A stretch of DNA of 64,000 bases from assembly GCA_043228905.1 (NCBI GenBank), contig JBHGNT010000011.1, positions 4,030,001-4,094,000 on the forward strand. The letters are read 5' to 3'. The stretch's first letter is position 1; every line of letters starts with the position of its first letter. A program made the position numbers and the translations under genes. The notes beneath the pieces were generated by a model. It was not told where the DNA came from, ran no database searches, and was given only the letters and a program-made list of their open reading frames with translations. The stretch comes from Azolla caroliniana (taxonomy: Eukaryota; Plantae; Polypodiophyta). Shown here piece by piece: positions 33,481 to 46,500 of the stretch.

Positions 33481-36400
33481 GAGGGCCAAGACACAAGCAT
33501 GCATACGGCGGATGGGCGACAACGATTGACCGACGATGACGGTTGGGTGAAGCCTTCGAGAGGCAAGCGTGGGACGAAGGACGGCGTGGCGAAACACCAA
33601 GACCGACGACATGGGCCGAGCGCGATCGGCATGAGCAGAGAGTCGTGTCTTGAGAACCGAAGAAGGTGCGTGGAGAGCAACGGGCTACGCGCCGGGAAGA
33701 AGAAGCGCGGCTTCCCGGAGGGCATGCAAGGCCAAGCGGGCCAAGAGGGCGCAAGTCGAGGCGAATCGGTAACAAGAGCCTCGAGGGACACCGACACGGA
33801 GATCGGGATGACAATACGCTCTACCGCGAGAGAGCACGACGAACAACGGGGAAAGCCTACGGAAGGAAAGCGCGGAGCGGAGAGAATCGGCACGCCGCGG
33901 TGTGCGGCACGCAAAGGGCGGAATCCGGCATGCGACCGGGAGCGCATCCGGAGGATATACGAGGCGGACAAAGGAAGAGCAACCGGGTCGGCGACGACAT
34001 TTGGGAGGACCAAACAGGGAGGAAAGCATGAGCATCGGATACGGCGGGTCAGATGTAGTCGGTGGTTCAAGGACCCACGGTGGACGTGGCGGATCGGGTG
34101 GAGGCAACGACTCGGGGAACATCGTCGAGTGTGGCGGATCGGATGGCGCCGACGGTTCAAGACCATTCGGCGAGGGATGGTGGACCGGAAGGCGGCGGTG
34201 GTTCGTGTGGACGGGGTGGTCTTGCTCGAATTGGAGGACAAAACCGAGCGGGCCCACGAGGACGCTAAGGACTCGGCCGGTCCTCGTGGCCGAAAATCTC
34301 GTGTTCTCTCCCCTATATTTTGGCACATACCGGTGGATGTGTGGTTAGGTGGGGGCGGATGTCGTGAAGATTTTCGTCCAGGAGCGGAAACCTGAGCAAC
34401 GAGAGCCAAAGAGCGATGTGCAACGTTGCACACGTACATAATGTATTTGTAATAATAATAGGGGTAAAGGGTATGGTGCTAGAAATGCCCCATAAGATCC
34501 CTAAGGTATAAAGGCGATGTGGTCTTGTGCGCACATCCACGCGATAGAGAGAGAGAGGCACTATGCGGTACATAGGTACCTAGTTGTTTGTGAGGAGGTG
34601 GGAGTTAAGGGGCCATCAATCTCACCCTCCCCCAAATCAAGGAAAATATCCCCTTTGAATGAAAGGGGATATTTTAGTCTCACTTTGTAAACGGTCTTCC
34701 CTCCTTGTGCTATAAAAGGAGAGGGAAGGCACCACTGTAAGGGTTGCCTATTTTGAGTGTGTGAGGTATACCACCTAGGTCGAGCATTAGGGTTAGGGTT
34801 AGGGTTTCTTTGTCTTTATCTTCATCTTCGCCGGTTAGGGTTTCAGGTAGTCGTTTGGTGCGGCCTATGCGGCCACCATTTTGTAATCGTTCATTTCGTT
34901 TTAATATATCTTGTTGATCATCTTGTCTCCATCTTCCTCTTGTCCGATCTAATCTCTTGTTCATTCTTCTTCTTCTTGAGCAAAGCTTCCATTCCATGTC
35001 TGATTCCTTCTCCTCTACTCCTTAGTCCAAGACACCCGTGGTCCCACCCTTCTCCACGCACGCGTGTAGCAATGCGACAATGTCCATCGGTATGTGCCAA
35101 GTTCGGAGAAGTGTGAGAGATTCCGGCCGGTGAAGAACCGGTCTTCCGTAATCCGCATTCCAGCTGTCGCGTTGGCCTCGCCGGTCCGAACTGTCGGCTC
35201 CGGTTCCTTCTCCGCGTTTGCCTTGCCGTAGGCTTGCTCGACCCATCGATAGGTAATTCTCCGCGATCTCGTAGTGCGCGTGCTTCCCCGTTGGCCCTCT
35301 TTTGACCGCATGCACGCCTCTCGTTCCCTCGGTTGCGTAGTATCCTCCGTCAAGGAGCACTCATGATGGCCCGCTTGGCCTCCGTCGACCTTCACATCGT
35401 CCCGGTTCTCATTCCTCGCTGATCTCCATCGCCTTCGTCCCCTTGCCGCCACCTACCTTCTCCTTGGTCTTACGCTGCCACGGCAGCCAAACTGCCAAGG
35501 TTTCCGGAACCAGTGTGGAGGATCCCTCTCTGGCCTTCTACACGAGATCACCGAAACTGGCGACCTATCCTCACGCCGGTGCTCCCGCTCCGGCACCTCC
35601 GTGTGCCGCGCATTCCCCTTCCCGTGTTCAGGTCCGCTCGTGCCGAACCCCGGTTTCGTCCTATGCACACGTCCTTGGCCCTCGCCCGGCTGGATCATGC
35701 ATCGCCACATCTCCGCATACTGGTGTCCTCCGCATCCGAGGAACACCCCGTAGTAGCCCGCTTGGCCACTTTCGTCTTGCGCTGTTGCCAACGGTTTGGA
35801 GCCTTCCACCTACTATCGTCCCCTTGTCCCCACCAGCTTGTTATCTAGGGTTCGGCCCGCCACGCCAATCATTGCCACTCCGACTGAACCACTGAGATCT
35901 CCGAAGCGGGTGTGGAGGATCCTTCTCCGGCCCTCGATCTTGTTCCCAGTTTCCATCCCGCGTAGTCCGTTTACTTGCGCGTGTGTTCCCGTTCCCGACA
36001 CCTTCGTATGCCGTCTTCGGCCTTCCTTGTTTGGCACCGCCTGTGCCAAACACCGTCCCGTACTTGTGCCTCGCTTTGGCCCTTAATGGCCACACGCACG
36101 TCTTCCGTTCCGCTTTCGGGTGTGCTCTTTCCAGCTCGGCATACCGGGTGTCCCCAGGCAGCTTACCGGAAGATCACCCATGCCGTGTCTCGACCCGCAT
36201 GGCCTCCTTTGTTCACGTAATGCCTTGGCTGGTTAGTGCCTCTACTATTGCTACCTTCGTCCCCTTGCCGCCACCTTCCATTACCCTCGGTCTCACATTA
36301 CCATGTCGGCCGAACATCCAGGGTCTCCAGGTAGGTGTGAAGGATCCTTCTCGGGTCTTTGTTTTGTTGGGTCATCGACTCACGTACCAAGCTCGTCCGA

Positions 36401-37978
36401 TCTTTGTCTTGCCGACTCTGCCGGTTGGGTTTGTATCAAGTTCGTGGCAACCTCGCTGGCCTCATACCTCCTTTCTCTCTGCTTTTTGTCGTTCGATCAC
36501 TTTCTCCTGCCGCCACCATCCTGTTTAGGTCTCACGCCGGCTACCGGAGTCTCCAGATCAGTGTGAGTGTCTTTGTGGGACTTCCCCCTTGCGGTCTTCG
36601 GTTGCCCGCCTTGCCGTTGCCACCGTTCTTCTCTCTAGGTCTCATGCCGGTTGTGTGTAAGGTCGCGGCAGCACCAATTGCCGTTTTTCTCTTGCTGTAG
36701 TCCCGACCTCCACATTGGCCTCTTCGGTTGGTCACGTTCACCTGCCACCACTGTTCTCTCCTATAGGACTCACGTCGGCACTCGGGCCAACCGTCGGATC
36801 GGTGTGAGGATCTCCGTAGACCGCGCCCATCCGCAGTCCCTTGCCTTCCTCCCCTCGCCGCCACCGTTCGTCACTCTAGGTCTCATGCCAGCTCTTGGGT
36901 CAACCGCCGGAGTTTCCAGAACTGGTGTGAAGGATCCTCCTTAGGCTTGTCATTTTTCGGACCCTTATCCCGGGTCCTCCTTCGCAAGCTGTGAGGGTGG
37001 CTCGCTCCACACCCTCTCCTATGGTACCGACGTACCGTGTTCCCGGCCTCTTTGTAGGCCTGCCTCTTCCTCCCTTCCGGATCGGTTATCCGAATGTCCG
37101 CTCCACCCAGTTCTCGTCCAAGTTCAACCGTCACTCCGCATTGCCGAGTCCCGTTCTCCTGCCGCCACTATCAGTATCTTGGTCTTATATCGGATTTGAT
37201 GCCGACCGCTGAAGTCTCTAGCCCAGTGTGAGGTGACCCATAGGACTGGTCTTCGTTCTCCGCTTCAGCCCTTGTACTTCTCCCTAACTCGTCGTCGGTC
37301 TCCTTGCTATGCTCCCACCTCCATCTTCCATCTCTTTCAGTCTCACGTTGCCATGTCGGCCGAACTGCCGAAGTCTCCGGTCAAGATGTGGGGATGCCGA
37401 TTTCGTAACGACTCCTAACGACTCATCTGGGGCCACCGACCCTTTTAGTGGTGTCGGTGGAAAGCATCTACTCTATGATCGATCAAGCCCTGCCTGGGCT
37501 TGATTCTCCAATGTCCGGAGTTTCGGCTCCGATGCCGATCCTGCTGGACTCGTTCTGTACCCTCGATCATCTTCCTTCTGATTCCCAACCTTCGCCCGGT
37601 CGGTCTTTCTCCCCATGTAAAAGAGGGTGGCTCGTCCCGCACCCTCTCTCGTACCGACATCGTCGTGCCCTGCTTGGCCTCCAGCTCGACCACATCCGTC
37701 TCGTCGGCGCGCCCCCTTCTTGCTGCGATGTCGCGCTGTCGCACACCACCTTCATTTTGCATCCGGATGACCGCGCTCTATGAGGTGCTCGGAGCTCCTC
37801 CTCTTTATGTTGGACGGTCAAGCCTTCGGTGAAACTCGTGGGACTCCGTCCCTGTTGTAACGGTCGACTTCTTCGACCTCGCCCATCTCGATGTGCCGCT
37901 TCTCAACTCTCCTTCTCGAAGTCTTTGGCCTCGAACTCCATCCTCCCTTGCCGCCCTTCACGTCGTGTTCACCAAATA

Positions 37979-39192
37979 TGTCGTGGATATGCGCGCTTAC
38001 ATGTCCGATTCGGGTGGGACCACCAAGGTCATGGACCAGGAGGGGAGGAGTTGTCGGGGACCCGAATCTTCCGGAGCTTGACGCGTTGCCAGTCGGTTCG
38101 ATTCCAGATACTCTCTGGACGCGACTGGTAACCGCACGAGAAGCGAGAGAGTGCACCCTCGTCCTTGCCGCCCCTTTCAACTGTATGTACAAGGGGCCCA
38201 AAAGAGGCACGGGATGCGGCTTGATTAACCGCGCTCGCACACACGCTCACACCCAAATACACACCCAGTTACAGTCGGCACCTCTCTGACCCGCTCTCTG
38301 ACCCTACGCTAACCGGAGACACACACACACCTACACACGCACCACTCACTGCGATGCCAATTCCACATGGAGGGTAAGAGGGAGCCTGCCCCTAACGCCA
38401 ATCGGGGAGCTCTCGGGCTCGTCTGCACAATGGGACCCTTGTACAGGGCACACTTCTTCCAGAACGACCGCCTCCTGTGCCAAGCCACCTTCAAGGAGCG
38501 CACGGGCTCGTTGAACCGAGTGGGGTCTTGCACGCCAAGGAGGGAGACCTGCCAACGAACCATCTAGCACGCAGGCTCTACATAAGTGACAGAAGCCAAC
38601 ACCCACACACACACTCGCAAACATGCCGGACAGCGGAGTGTTGAGAGCCAACGATCAGGAACTCAGGGAAAGCACAGATAGTCCGCACGCCACCTACCAC
38701 AACCGAACACACCACCTACGCACCCACACACCAAGATGAGGAGAAGACAAAGTATATATGTGAAGGGGGAAGATACAACCCCCGGCTTTGAGCCAGGCAA
38801 CACCCAGAAAAAGAAGAAGAACTTAACCCTAACAGAGCTTCGCCACCATGGCTACGGCCCCCCCAACTTCTCAAGAAGGAGAAGAAGAAGAAGACTACCA
38901 AGAAGTTACTAACCCTAGAAAATTCTTAACAAAATGATCCTCGACCAAAATGGTATACCCCTATGACTCAAAATGGGCAACCCCTTTACAAAGGGCGCTC
39001 CCTTCCTTTTATAGAACAAGGTGAGGAATGCGTAACAATGTGGGATAAATCCCTTATGACATGGGATCCTCTGTCCCGAATTAACTACTGTCTGGCGCCA
39101 TGATGGCGCCCCTATCATTTACATGATTTGTACAGGGGTGAGTGCACATGCCCACCTCGTCGATTCCTCCGATATTCTCCAGTTTCACGACA
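37979..39192 (-). repeat. 5' LTR of element D
   Basis: TGTCGTGG...TTCACGACA, adjacent to a tRNA-Trp PBS. Confidence 0.9.
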
Positions 39193-40534
39193 GTTTGTGT
39201 CTAACTCTCCTCGATCAGCCACTATCTTTCCCACACATTCGTATTGGTAGACAACCTCTTCAAGTAGAAATTTGCAAACAGTTGTTGTTGTGTAATTTGC
39301 CAAGGCTCGTCCTTACACTTGATTCATCAGGTTTTCTCTTGCCAGTACTAAGTACTTCATTTGTCCCACTCCTATTCGCATCGAGACCAAATCCACCATC
39401 CATTTGAAGTGTATGGTGAGCGGGTATGTCGGTCGTAACTCATCACGATGACATATGTTCGAATGGACTTGGCAAGTTTTGCATGTGGACACGAAATGGA
39501 GTACATGCTTGGCCACCAGTACTTTTCCTTCAACTTTTCGAGCATCACCCATGTTTCTCTATGATCCACCCAAGGACTCTCGTGGAATTCGGTCATTAGC
39601 TTCACTTGCTCTTCTTTCTTCACCACCACCCAACACGGCATTCTTGTCCTTCTTTTTGGGTGTCACCAAAGGAATCCTCCCTTGAGGAAGTATTGGTAAG
39701 CTTTCTTCCGTATTCGTAGAGCCTCTTCTTTCATCAACGAAGAATCCGCCAACATTATTCTTAAGAATATGCCAATCAGTAACCACTCTCCTTCGTACTC
39801 GTCCTCATTGAAGGCGTGGAGGGTTAGCGTGTCCTTGTCTTCCGCCGATAGTTGGGGCATCTTGAAGAAGTCGAGGGTGATGTCTTCCTCTTCCGAAACC
39901 ATGTCACTTTCATTTCTTAGATCTTGCCCTCGACAGCATGTCATCCATGGCGTTCTTCTTCCCTGCAATATGGCGGATCTCTAGGTTTAAAGACTTGATA
40001 TAGGCGATCCACCTTAGCATGGCTAGATGTGGTGTTGCACATCCTAAGATCATCCCAAGGATTGGGAGACAATCCGTCTCAATTATCACTTCCGACCTGA
40101 TCAGGTAGTCTTTGTCCATCTTCACTGCAGACACAATACTCCAAAGTTCTCGCTTGACTTGGGCGTATCTTTGTTGTCATTCGCTAAGAACCTTTGCTCC
40201 GAACTGGATGGCATACCGTGCATTATCTTCTCCTTCTTGGTTGATGACCCACCCGATTCCGGTTGGGCTCGTATCTACAATCACATAAATTGGCTTCCCT
40301 TCGGTATAGTCGGCCTTTCTTAGTGTTGCAACTTCAAGAAGTAGTTTCTTCAATCTTCGCATCGCGTTTGTGTGCTCGTCTCGCCATTCGACTTCATTCT
40401 TTTCTTTAGCAACCCATATAAAGGCTCGACGACATGAGTGTAGTGTGGAATCAAGATATGATAAAACGTACATGCTCCAAGGAACCTTTGAACCTCCGTT
40501 TGGTTTACGCATTCTTCTTTCATATCCTGGATCG
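39193..40534 (-). pseudogene. Element A pol remnant (RT end, RNase H, integrase N-terminus and core)
   Basis: EVQRFLGAC, IVDTSPTGIGW, IETDCLP, WMVDLV and IVADRGELD fragments, contiguous with 9514 once D is removed. Confidence 0.88.
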
Positions 40535-43500
40535 TGTTAGCCGGCCGGCAAGGGAAGTCTAGAATGGGAAAAGGGGGATAATTAATAACCGGGAGCTGAT
40601 TAGTTATAATGTTAGAGTATAGAATTATTATGATTTTGAGAAGTGAACGGACAAACCCGGAGTGGGTATGCTGATCCGGATCTGGACCGGTTCGTAGCCG
40701 GTTGCCGGTTGGCACTGGTTTGTACCTAAAGCCGGAGACCTATAAAAGGGCCCGATTAGATTGTAATGAAGAGCAGATAATTAATAGAGTGATTTTGTTC
40801 TGTATTTTAATCATTGTTAATTACTATTCTGTGCTAAGTGTAATTTATCCTACACGTGTATTGTGACTAATGATCTTGCCGCTTAATAACCAATTAGGGT
40901 GCCATTAATAGTCGGTCTAACTTTATCTCACCGCAACACCCTTTGGTGAAGTGTCTCAAAGGGACACCCTGTGATAGGCCATTGTCCGGCCCTAGTGATA
41001 AAATAGTTTTTGGCGACCAGGATTCCTGCACAAATGCAACGAACAGTAGCGGCCATGGATAACTAGACCAACAAACGAGCCAGTTACGGAACGAGCAAGA
41101 AGACTTACCAAGCGATTTCGAAAGCGAGAGTCTTTCCAATAGGCGGTAGAAGATATCCTTGCGGATCGTTCATTTTCCAAAGTAATCCAGCGAGTGGCCG
41201 CAAAGTCACTCCGTGGGCAGCAAAATTCCCAACCGGACAAAGGAAGCAGCTTGAGCAGTCTCCGGGACGTAGAATCCATTATGCAGGCATTAGCGACAGG
41301 GGGAGGCGATTCGGAACCATTCTCGGACTTCGAATTGGATTTGGATAGCGAATGCAGTGCCCATTCGAATTACCATAGCAACCATGATACCCCAGACGAA
41401 CCGGAGGACGAGCAGTCGGATACCTTGCCGACACCAGAACCAGAGTTAACAGAACTGGAAGCCCTAGACCGGCAAGTGGCAGATCAACTTCCGACACCGC
41501 CACGTGAGACACCAGAAGAAGAGGAGGAAAGACCTCTGACACCAAAAGAAGAGGAGGAAAGACCCCTGACACCGAAGGAAGACGAGGGGACACCTCCGAC
41601 ACCAAATGACGACATGTCGTTCGAATATCCCAAGTATCGGGATGATCCGGACGCAGAAGCTCATGTCTATGCATTTATGTAAACATGGGAATCAAACCAT
41701 GTGTCGCAATGCTTGACCGCCGCCGAAGCAAAACGCTCGAAGATTGCAGAGTTCGGCATGACCTTGGAAGGACCAGTCGTGTGATGGCGCTTGACACACA
41801 CCCCCGGCACCATCACGACGTTTGAGGACTTAAAAACCAGATTTTTACAGTTCTTCAACAAGGAGGTGGATCAACGGGAGATGGTCGGCCTATTCTACAC
41901 CATACGACAGGAACCTACGGAAACCATTCAGCAATTCGTAATCCGGTTCCAGCGAATGCACAGTCAGCTCAATCTGGCACCATCGGAGGCAGAGGCAAAA
42001 GTAATATTCCTAGCCGCACTCAGGGAACCCCTGCATACGGTGTGCGCAATGATCGATTTTAGAACCAACACGATCGACCAAGTCATAGAACGGGTCAGGG
42101 AGATGGAGAAAACAAGCTAGTGGCTAACAATGAGGGCACTCCAACGTACATTACCGGATGACGACGACCTACGTTTTCGGCAAGCTATACAATGTACGAC
42201 TTGTCTCAATGTCGGGCACTCGGCAATAGAATGTACCATGCGAACACAGTGCATGTTATGCCATTCTAGGACGCACACAATGGACCGATGCGAATATAAC
42301 TTGCTGAACTGACAAGCGGCACCGGTAAGGCAAATCGAACCCTGGAGCAACTGGGAGGAGGAAGAAGAAAGCTGGAAGCGAGATGAGCGTTACCGGCCGA
42401 CACAAGATACCCGAAACAGGACGCTCATGACCGAGACGGGTAGGATAGGTACCAGGATTACAATGGTGAACGATATGAGCGATACAACCAGGATCACTCC
42501 CTGGGTTACAACCAACAGAGGGAGGATCAAGGGAACTATGAAAACCGGCCCCGACAAGGTTACTAGAACAAAAAACGCTTCAACAAAAAATGGAACGCTA
42601 GAAAGGAGGACCGCCAATGGTAGCCGGACAAGGGAACACCTAGTACCCAACCGGACCAAGGCCAAGCACCCAACCAACCACCAATAGGACCTCAACCGGG
42701 TACCGGAGCGAACGCCGAATCCAGTAATACCCAGAAAGCGTACTGTTACTATTGCCGACAAGAAGGACATTACAATAATCAATGTCTAGTTAAAAGCTAC
42801 GAGAAAACACCAGCCGTAAATATGGTGGTAGCAGAAGTCGCCGACATACAACAAGTCACCACCAGGGCAAAAGGCAAAACAACAGAGTGGGAAACACAAG
42901 AGGCAATCCGAAAGCAAGCCACCGAGTGGGTGAAAAAGGAAAATGAGCAAAATGTGGCTGAGCTTGAACAACAAAAGGAGAAACCGGAAGGGGCCACCGA
43001 CACGATTCAGCCGGAAAACCCAACATGGCAACTGCTACAAGAATGTCAGACTACATTCCCATTGGGTCAGTTATTATAGCTAGTGCCCCGGTTTACGGAA
43101 GGGCTGAAATCAGGAATGACCATATCAATTCCGTTGTCGGCTCCTACGTTCTTCTCAAATCCAGAAGAAGGGCCGGCAGTGGTAGACACGAACAGTCCGT
43201 CCATCACCGCCATCGTCAAAGGACAAGAACTACTAGGGACGATTGTGGACGGAGGATTGGGCATGAACGTGATCAGTCTACGAACTTGTAATACCCTGGG
43301 AATCCAGGAATAGGAACCTTGCCCGTTTTGGCTCGGATGGCGGATACAAGTTCGGTAAGGCCTACCGGTTTGATACGGGATCTAGACGTAACTATCGGAG
43401 GTCACGCATTTCGCATTTCGGCGGTGGTTCTCCAGCTCAATACACAAGGGGCTTACCCGTTGTTGTTGGGCCCGCCATGGCTAAAAACGGCTCATATCAA

Positions 43501-46500
43501 ACAAAACTGGCGGACAAAACATGATTACCTTCCGACAAGGAAATACTAAAGGGTACGTACCCAAGTATAGGCAAGGAGCTAACACCGCTATATGTTGAGG
43601 GTGTAAACATGCTCAAGGGGCTTGCGGACAAAAAGGTCGACCAATACTTAGAAGAAAACCCAAAAATTGTACCCCTATTTGAGATCGATGTGGCGGAAGC
43701 AGTATCACCATATAGAATGCAATCGGACGACGTCGTCGAGGAACCGGATCGGGAAGCTATCAGAGAATTATGGCAAGCACAGGAAGCTTTGGAGAAGGAG
43801 ATGGCGGTATCCCAACGCGTGAAAGCATCCCAGTTAAAGGAAATGAACTTAGGGACCGGGGACGACGCCAAACTGGTTCATATCGCTAAGGAAATGTCAC
43901 CGGACAACAGGACGGCGATGATCACTTTATTAAAGGAATTCCGGGACATATTTGCATGGTTCTATCAAGACATGCGGGGGCTAGATCCTATGTTGTACCA
44001 ACACCAAATACACCTTAGTAAGGATGCCAAACTGGTAGCATAACGGTGTTACCGGATGAACCCGAACTATGCGGCAAAGGTGAAAGAGGAAATTGACAAG
44101 TTGCTACGGGTCGGTTTTATCCGACCAATGAAAAAACCTACATGGTTAAGTCCCATAGTCGTCGTGCTGAAAAAGAACGGTAAGATCCGGGTGTGCGTTG
44201 ATTACCGGAAACTCAATGCAGTGACAATGACCGACGCCTTCCCACTGCCGTTTACGGATGGACTGTTGGACGCGGTAGCCGGTCATGAAGTGTATAGCTT
44301 CCTAGACGGTTTCAACGGCTACAATCAAATAAGGATGCACCCCGACGACCAAGACAAGACGACATTCTTCACCGAATGGGGAGTCTTTGTCGCAATGGTA
44401 ATGATGTTTGGGCTCAAGACCACGCCGGCGACCTTCGAACAAATAATCATGGAAATATTTGGCGAGTTGATTCCGGCATTCATGCAAGTATTCCTGGATG
44501 ACTTCTCCGTGTATAGCCGAGAAGGAGAACATCTCCAACACCTCCGGCTATGTCTTGAGAAATGCAGGAGTTATCGGCTAAGCCGGAATCCAGCAAAGTG
44601 TGTGTTCGGAGTAACAAGCGGTGCATTGCTAGGCCATCTTGTCAGCAAGGACGCATCGCGGTAAAACCCGATAAGGTGAAAGCCATCTTAGAAGCACCAG
44701 CACCAGCCACGGCCAAAGCTTTGAGTCGGTTTCTAGGGCAAATCCGGTGTCATAGCCGGATGCTCCGGTATTTGGCCGATCTTGCTACACCATTGCATGC
44801 CGCAGTTCACCGGACACCGTTCCAATGGACAAATATGGAGGATGAGGCTTACCGAGCATTGAAAGTACTGCTATCACAAGCACCGGTAGTGCAACCACCA
44901 GACTGGTCAAAAGAATTCCACGTGTTCATTGATGCGTCCGACATAGCAATCGGCAGCGCACTATTGCAACTGATGGAACCGAAATGGTACCGACCGGTCT
45001 ATTATGCTAGCTGGAAACTATCCCAGGCAGAACAAAATTATTCAACAACAGAACGAGAAGCCATAGGAATGATTTACAATGTTACCAAGTTCAGGCACTA
45101 TTTATTGGGAAAGAAGTTCTCATTTCATGTCGACCACTCAGTGCTATTATATTTGGTCTCAAAGGCATTGCTCACCAGCAAGTTGGCTTGATGGACATTG
45201 TTGCTACAAGAGTTTGAGTTTGAAATATATCACCGTCCGGGAATACAGCATGCGGTTGCCGATTACCTAAGCCGGTTAGATTCCGGCGAGATTGGTGATG
45301 GAGTCCCAGATGAGTTTCCGGATGCCGAGTTGTTTAAAGTAACAGCAGAAATGGCAACCGATAGCACGGTAGTCGACGAAGACAAATAACTAACCAACAT
45401 GCATCAATTCCTAAGCATGGGACTTCCACCAGAGGAGATGAACCGGGATGAGCGGAAGAGGTTAGCGGTGCAAAGACGACATTTTTGTCTACTACAGGAC
45501 ACCCTGTACCACAAAGGCGTGGATGGCATATGGCGGCGAGCAGTGCGAAGCGACGAAAAGGACACAATATTATGAGAAGTGCATTGTGGTGTTGCCGGAG
45601 GGCACTATGCCGGGGACGTATGGCAAGAAAGATATGGCACAGCGGGCTATGGTGGCCGACGACACTAACGGACTCGGTTCGGTATGCGAAAGTCTGTGAT
45701 TTATGTCAACGGATGGGCCAACCAACAGAACAGGTCAGGATGCCTCATCAGTCGGTGTTGCCCTTAGAACCCTTTTAGAAATGGGGGTTGGATTTCGTTG
45801 GGCCGTTTAAACCTCCCGCAATGAGAACCGACAACATATATGTTATAGTCGGCACCAATTATTGCACCAAGTGGGTAGAAGCCAAGGATTTGCGGGACAA
45901 CACTGCGACATCAACGGCAAAGTTCTTATATGAGTACATATGGTGCCGGTATGGATGCCCGATCCAGTTAATTAGCGACCAAGGCAAACATTTTCTCGGT
46001 CAAGTAGTGGAGAGCTTAACAATATTCTATGCCATGGTACACAAGCGTAGTACCCCTTATTATCCACAGGCCAATGGACTAGCCAAATACACGAACAAAA
46101 TGCTCCAAAACATCTTGCGAAAGATCGTCAATGAAAACTGAACTGATTGGGACACCAAGCTGCATAGTGCACTATGGGCATACCGGACGGCATACAAAAC
46201 AAGTATCTGGTCAACACCATGTTAGGAAACAAGTCCCTCCAGATGGGAAGTGAGAAGAACCGTGTTGATGAGCAACTCGCCTCGGCCGAAACCGGAAATC
46301 GTGGAGATAGCCAACACGGAAGGCTAAGTTTGTAAATAGTCAAAAGGTTACATTAGTATATAAGTACTTAGGGCAATCATGTTAAAAAGTGCGCTATTGT
46401 AAAGTTACTGTCGACGAGGTTGTTGCCTCTGTAACTGTGAGAGTGAACAAGTGTGAGTGGAAGCGTGTGAGCTCCATAGATGCCTGTTGGCGAAGCAAGA

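Larger units (their letters stand above)
30018..35079 (+). mobile_element. Element E: non-autonomous tRNA-Trp-primed LTR element (partial gag plus acidic repeats, no pol)
   Basis: LTRs 30018-30734 and 34360-35079, 18-nt PBS TGGTGAACCCGACGTGAA (30739-30756), PPT 34347-34359, 4-bp TSD ACGT/ATGT. Confidence 0.93.
9515..39192 (-). mobile_element. Element D: non-autonomous tRNA-Trp-primed LTR element (no pol) inserted in the A integrase
   Basis: 3' LTR split by C (9515-9668 plus 28897-29994), 5' LTR 37979-39192, PBS TGGTGAACACGACGTGAA near 37957-37974, PPT 29995-30005. Internal 35084-37956 is degenerate repeats shared with E. Confidence 0.85.

Noticed and set aside
33255-34439. Long overlapping ORFs on both strands (394 and 377 aa) in element E
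   Set aside because: GC-rich, low-complexity sequence has few stops, and the translations are Arg/Ser/Pro-rich with no recognisable domain.
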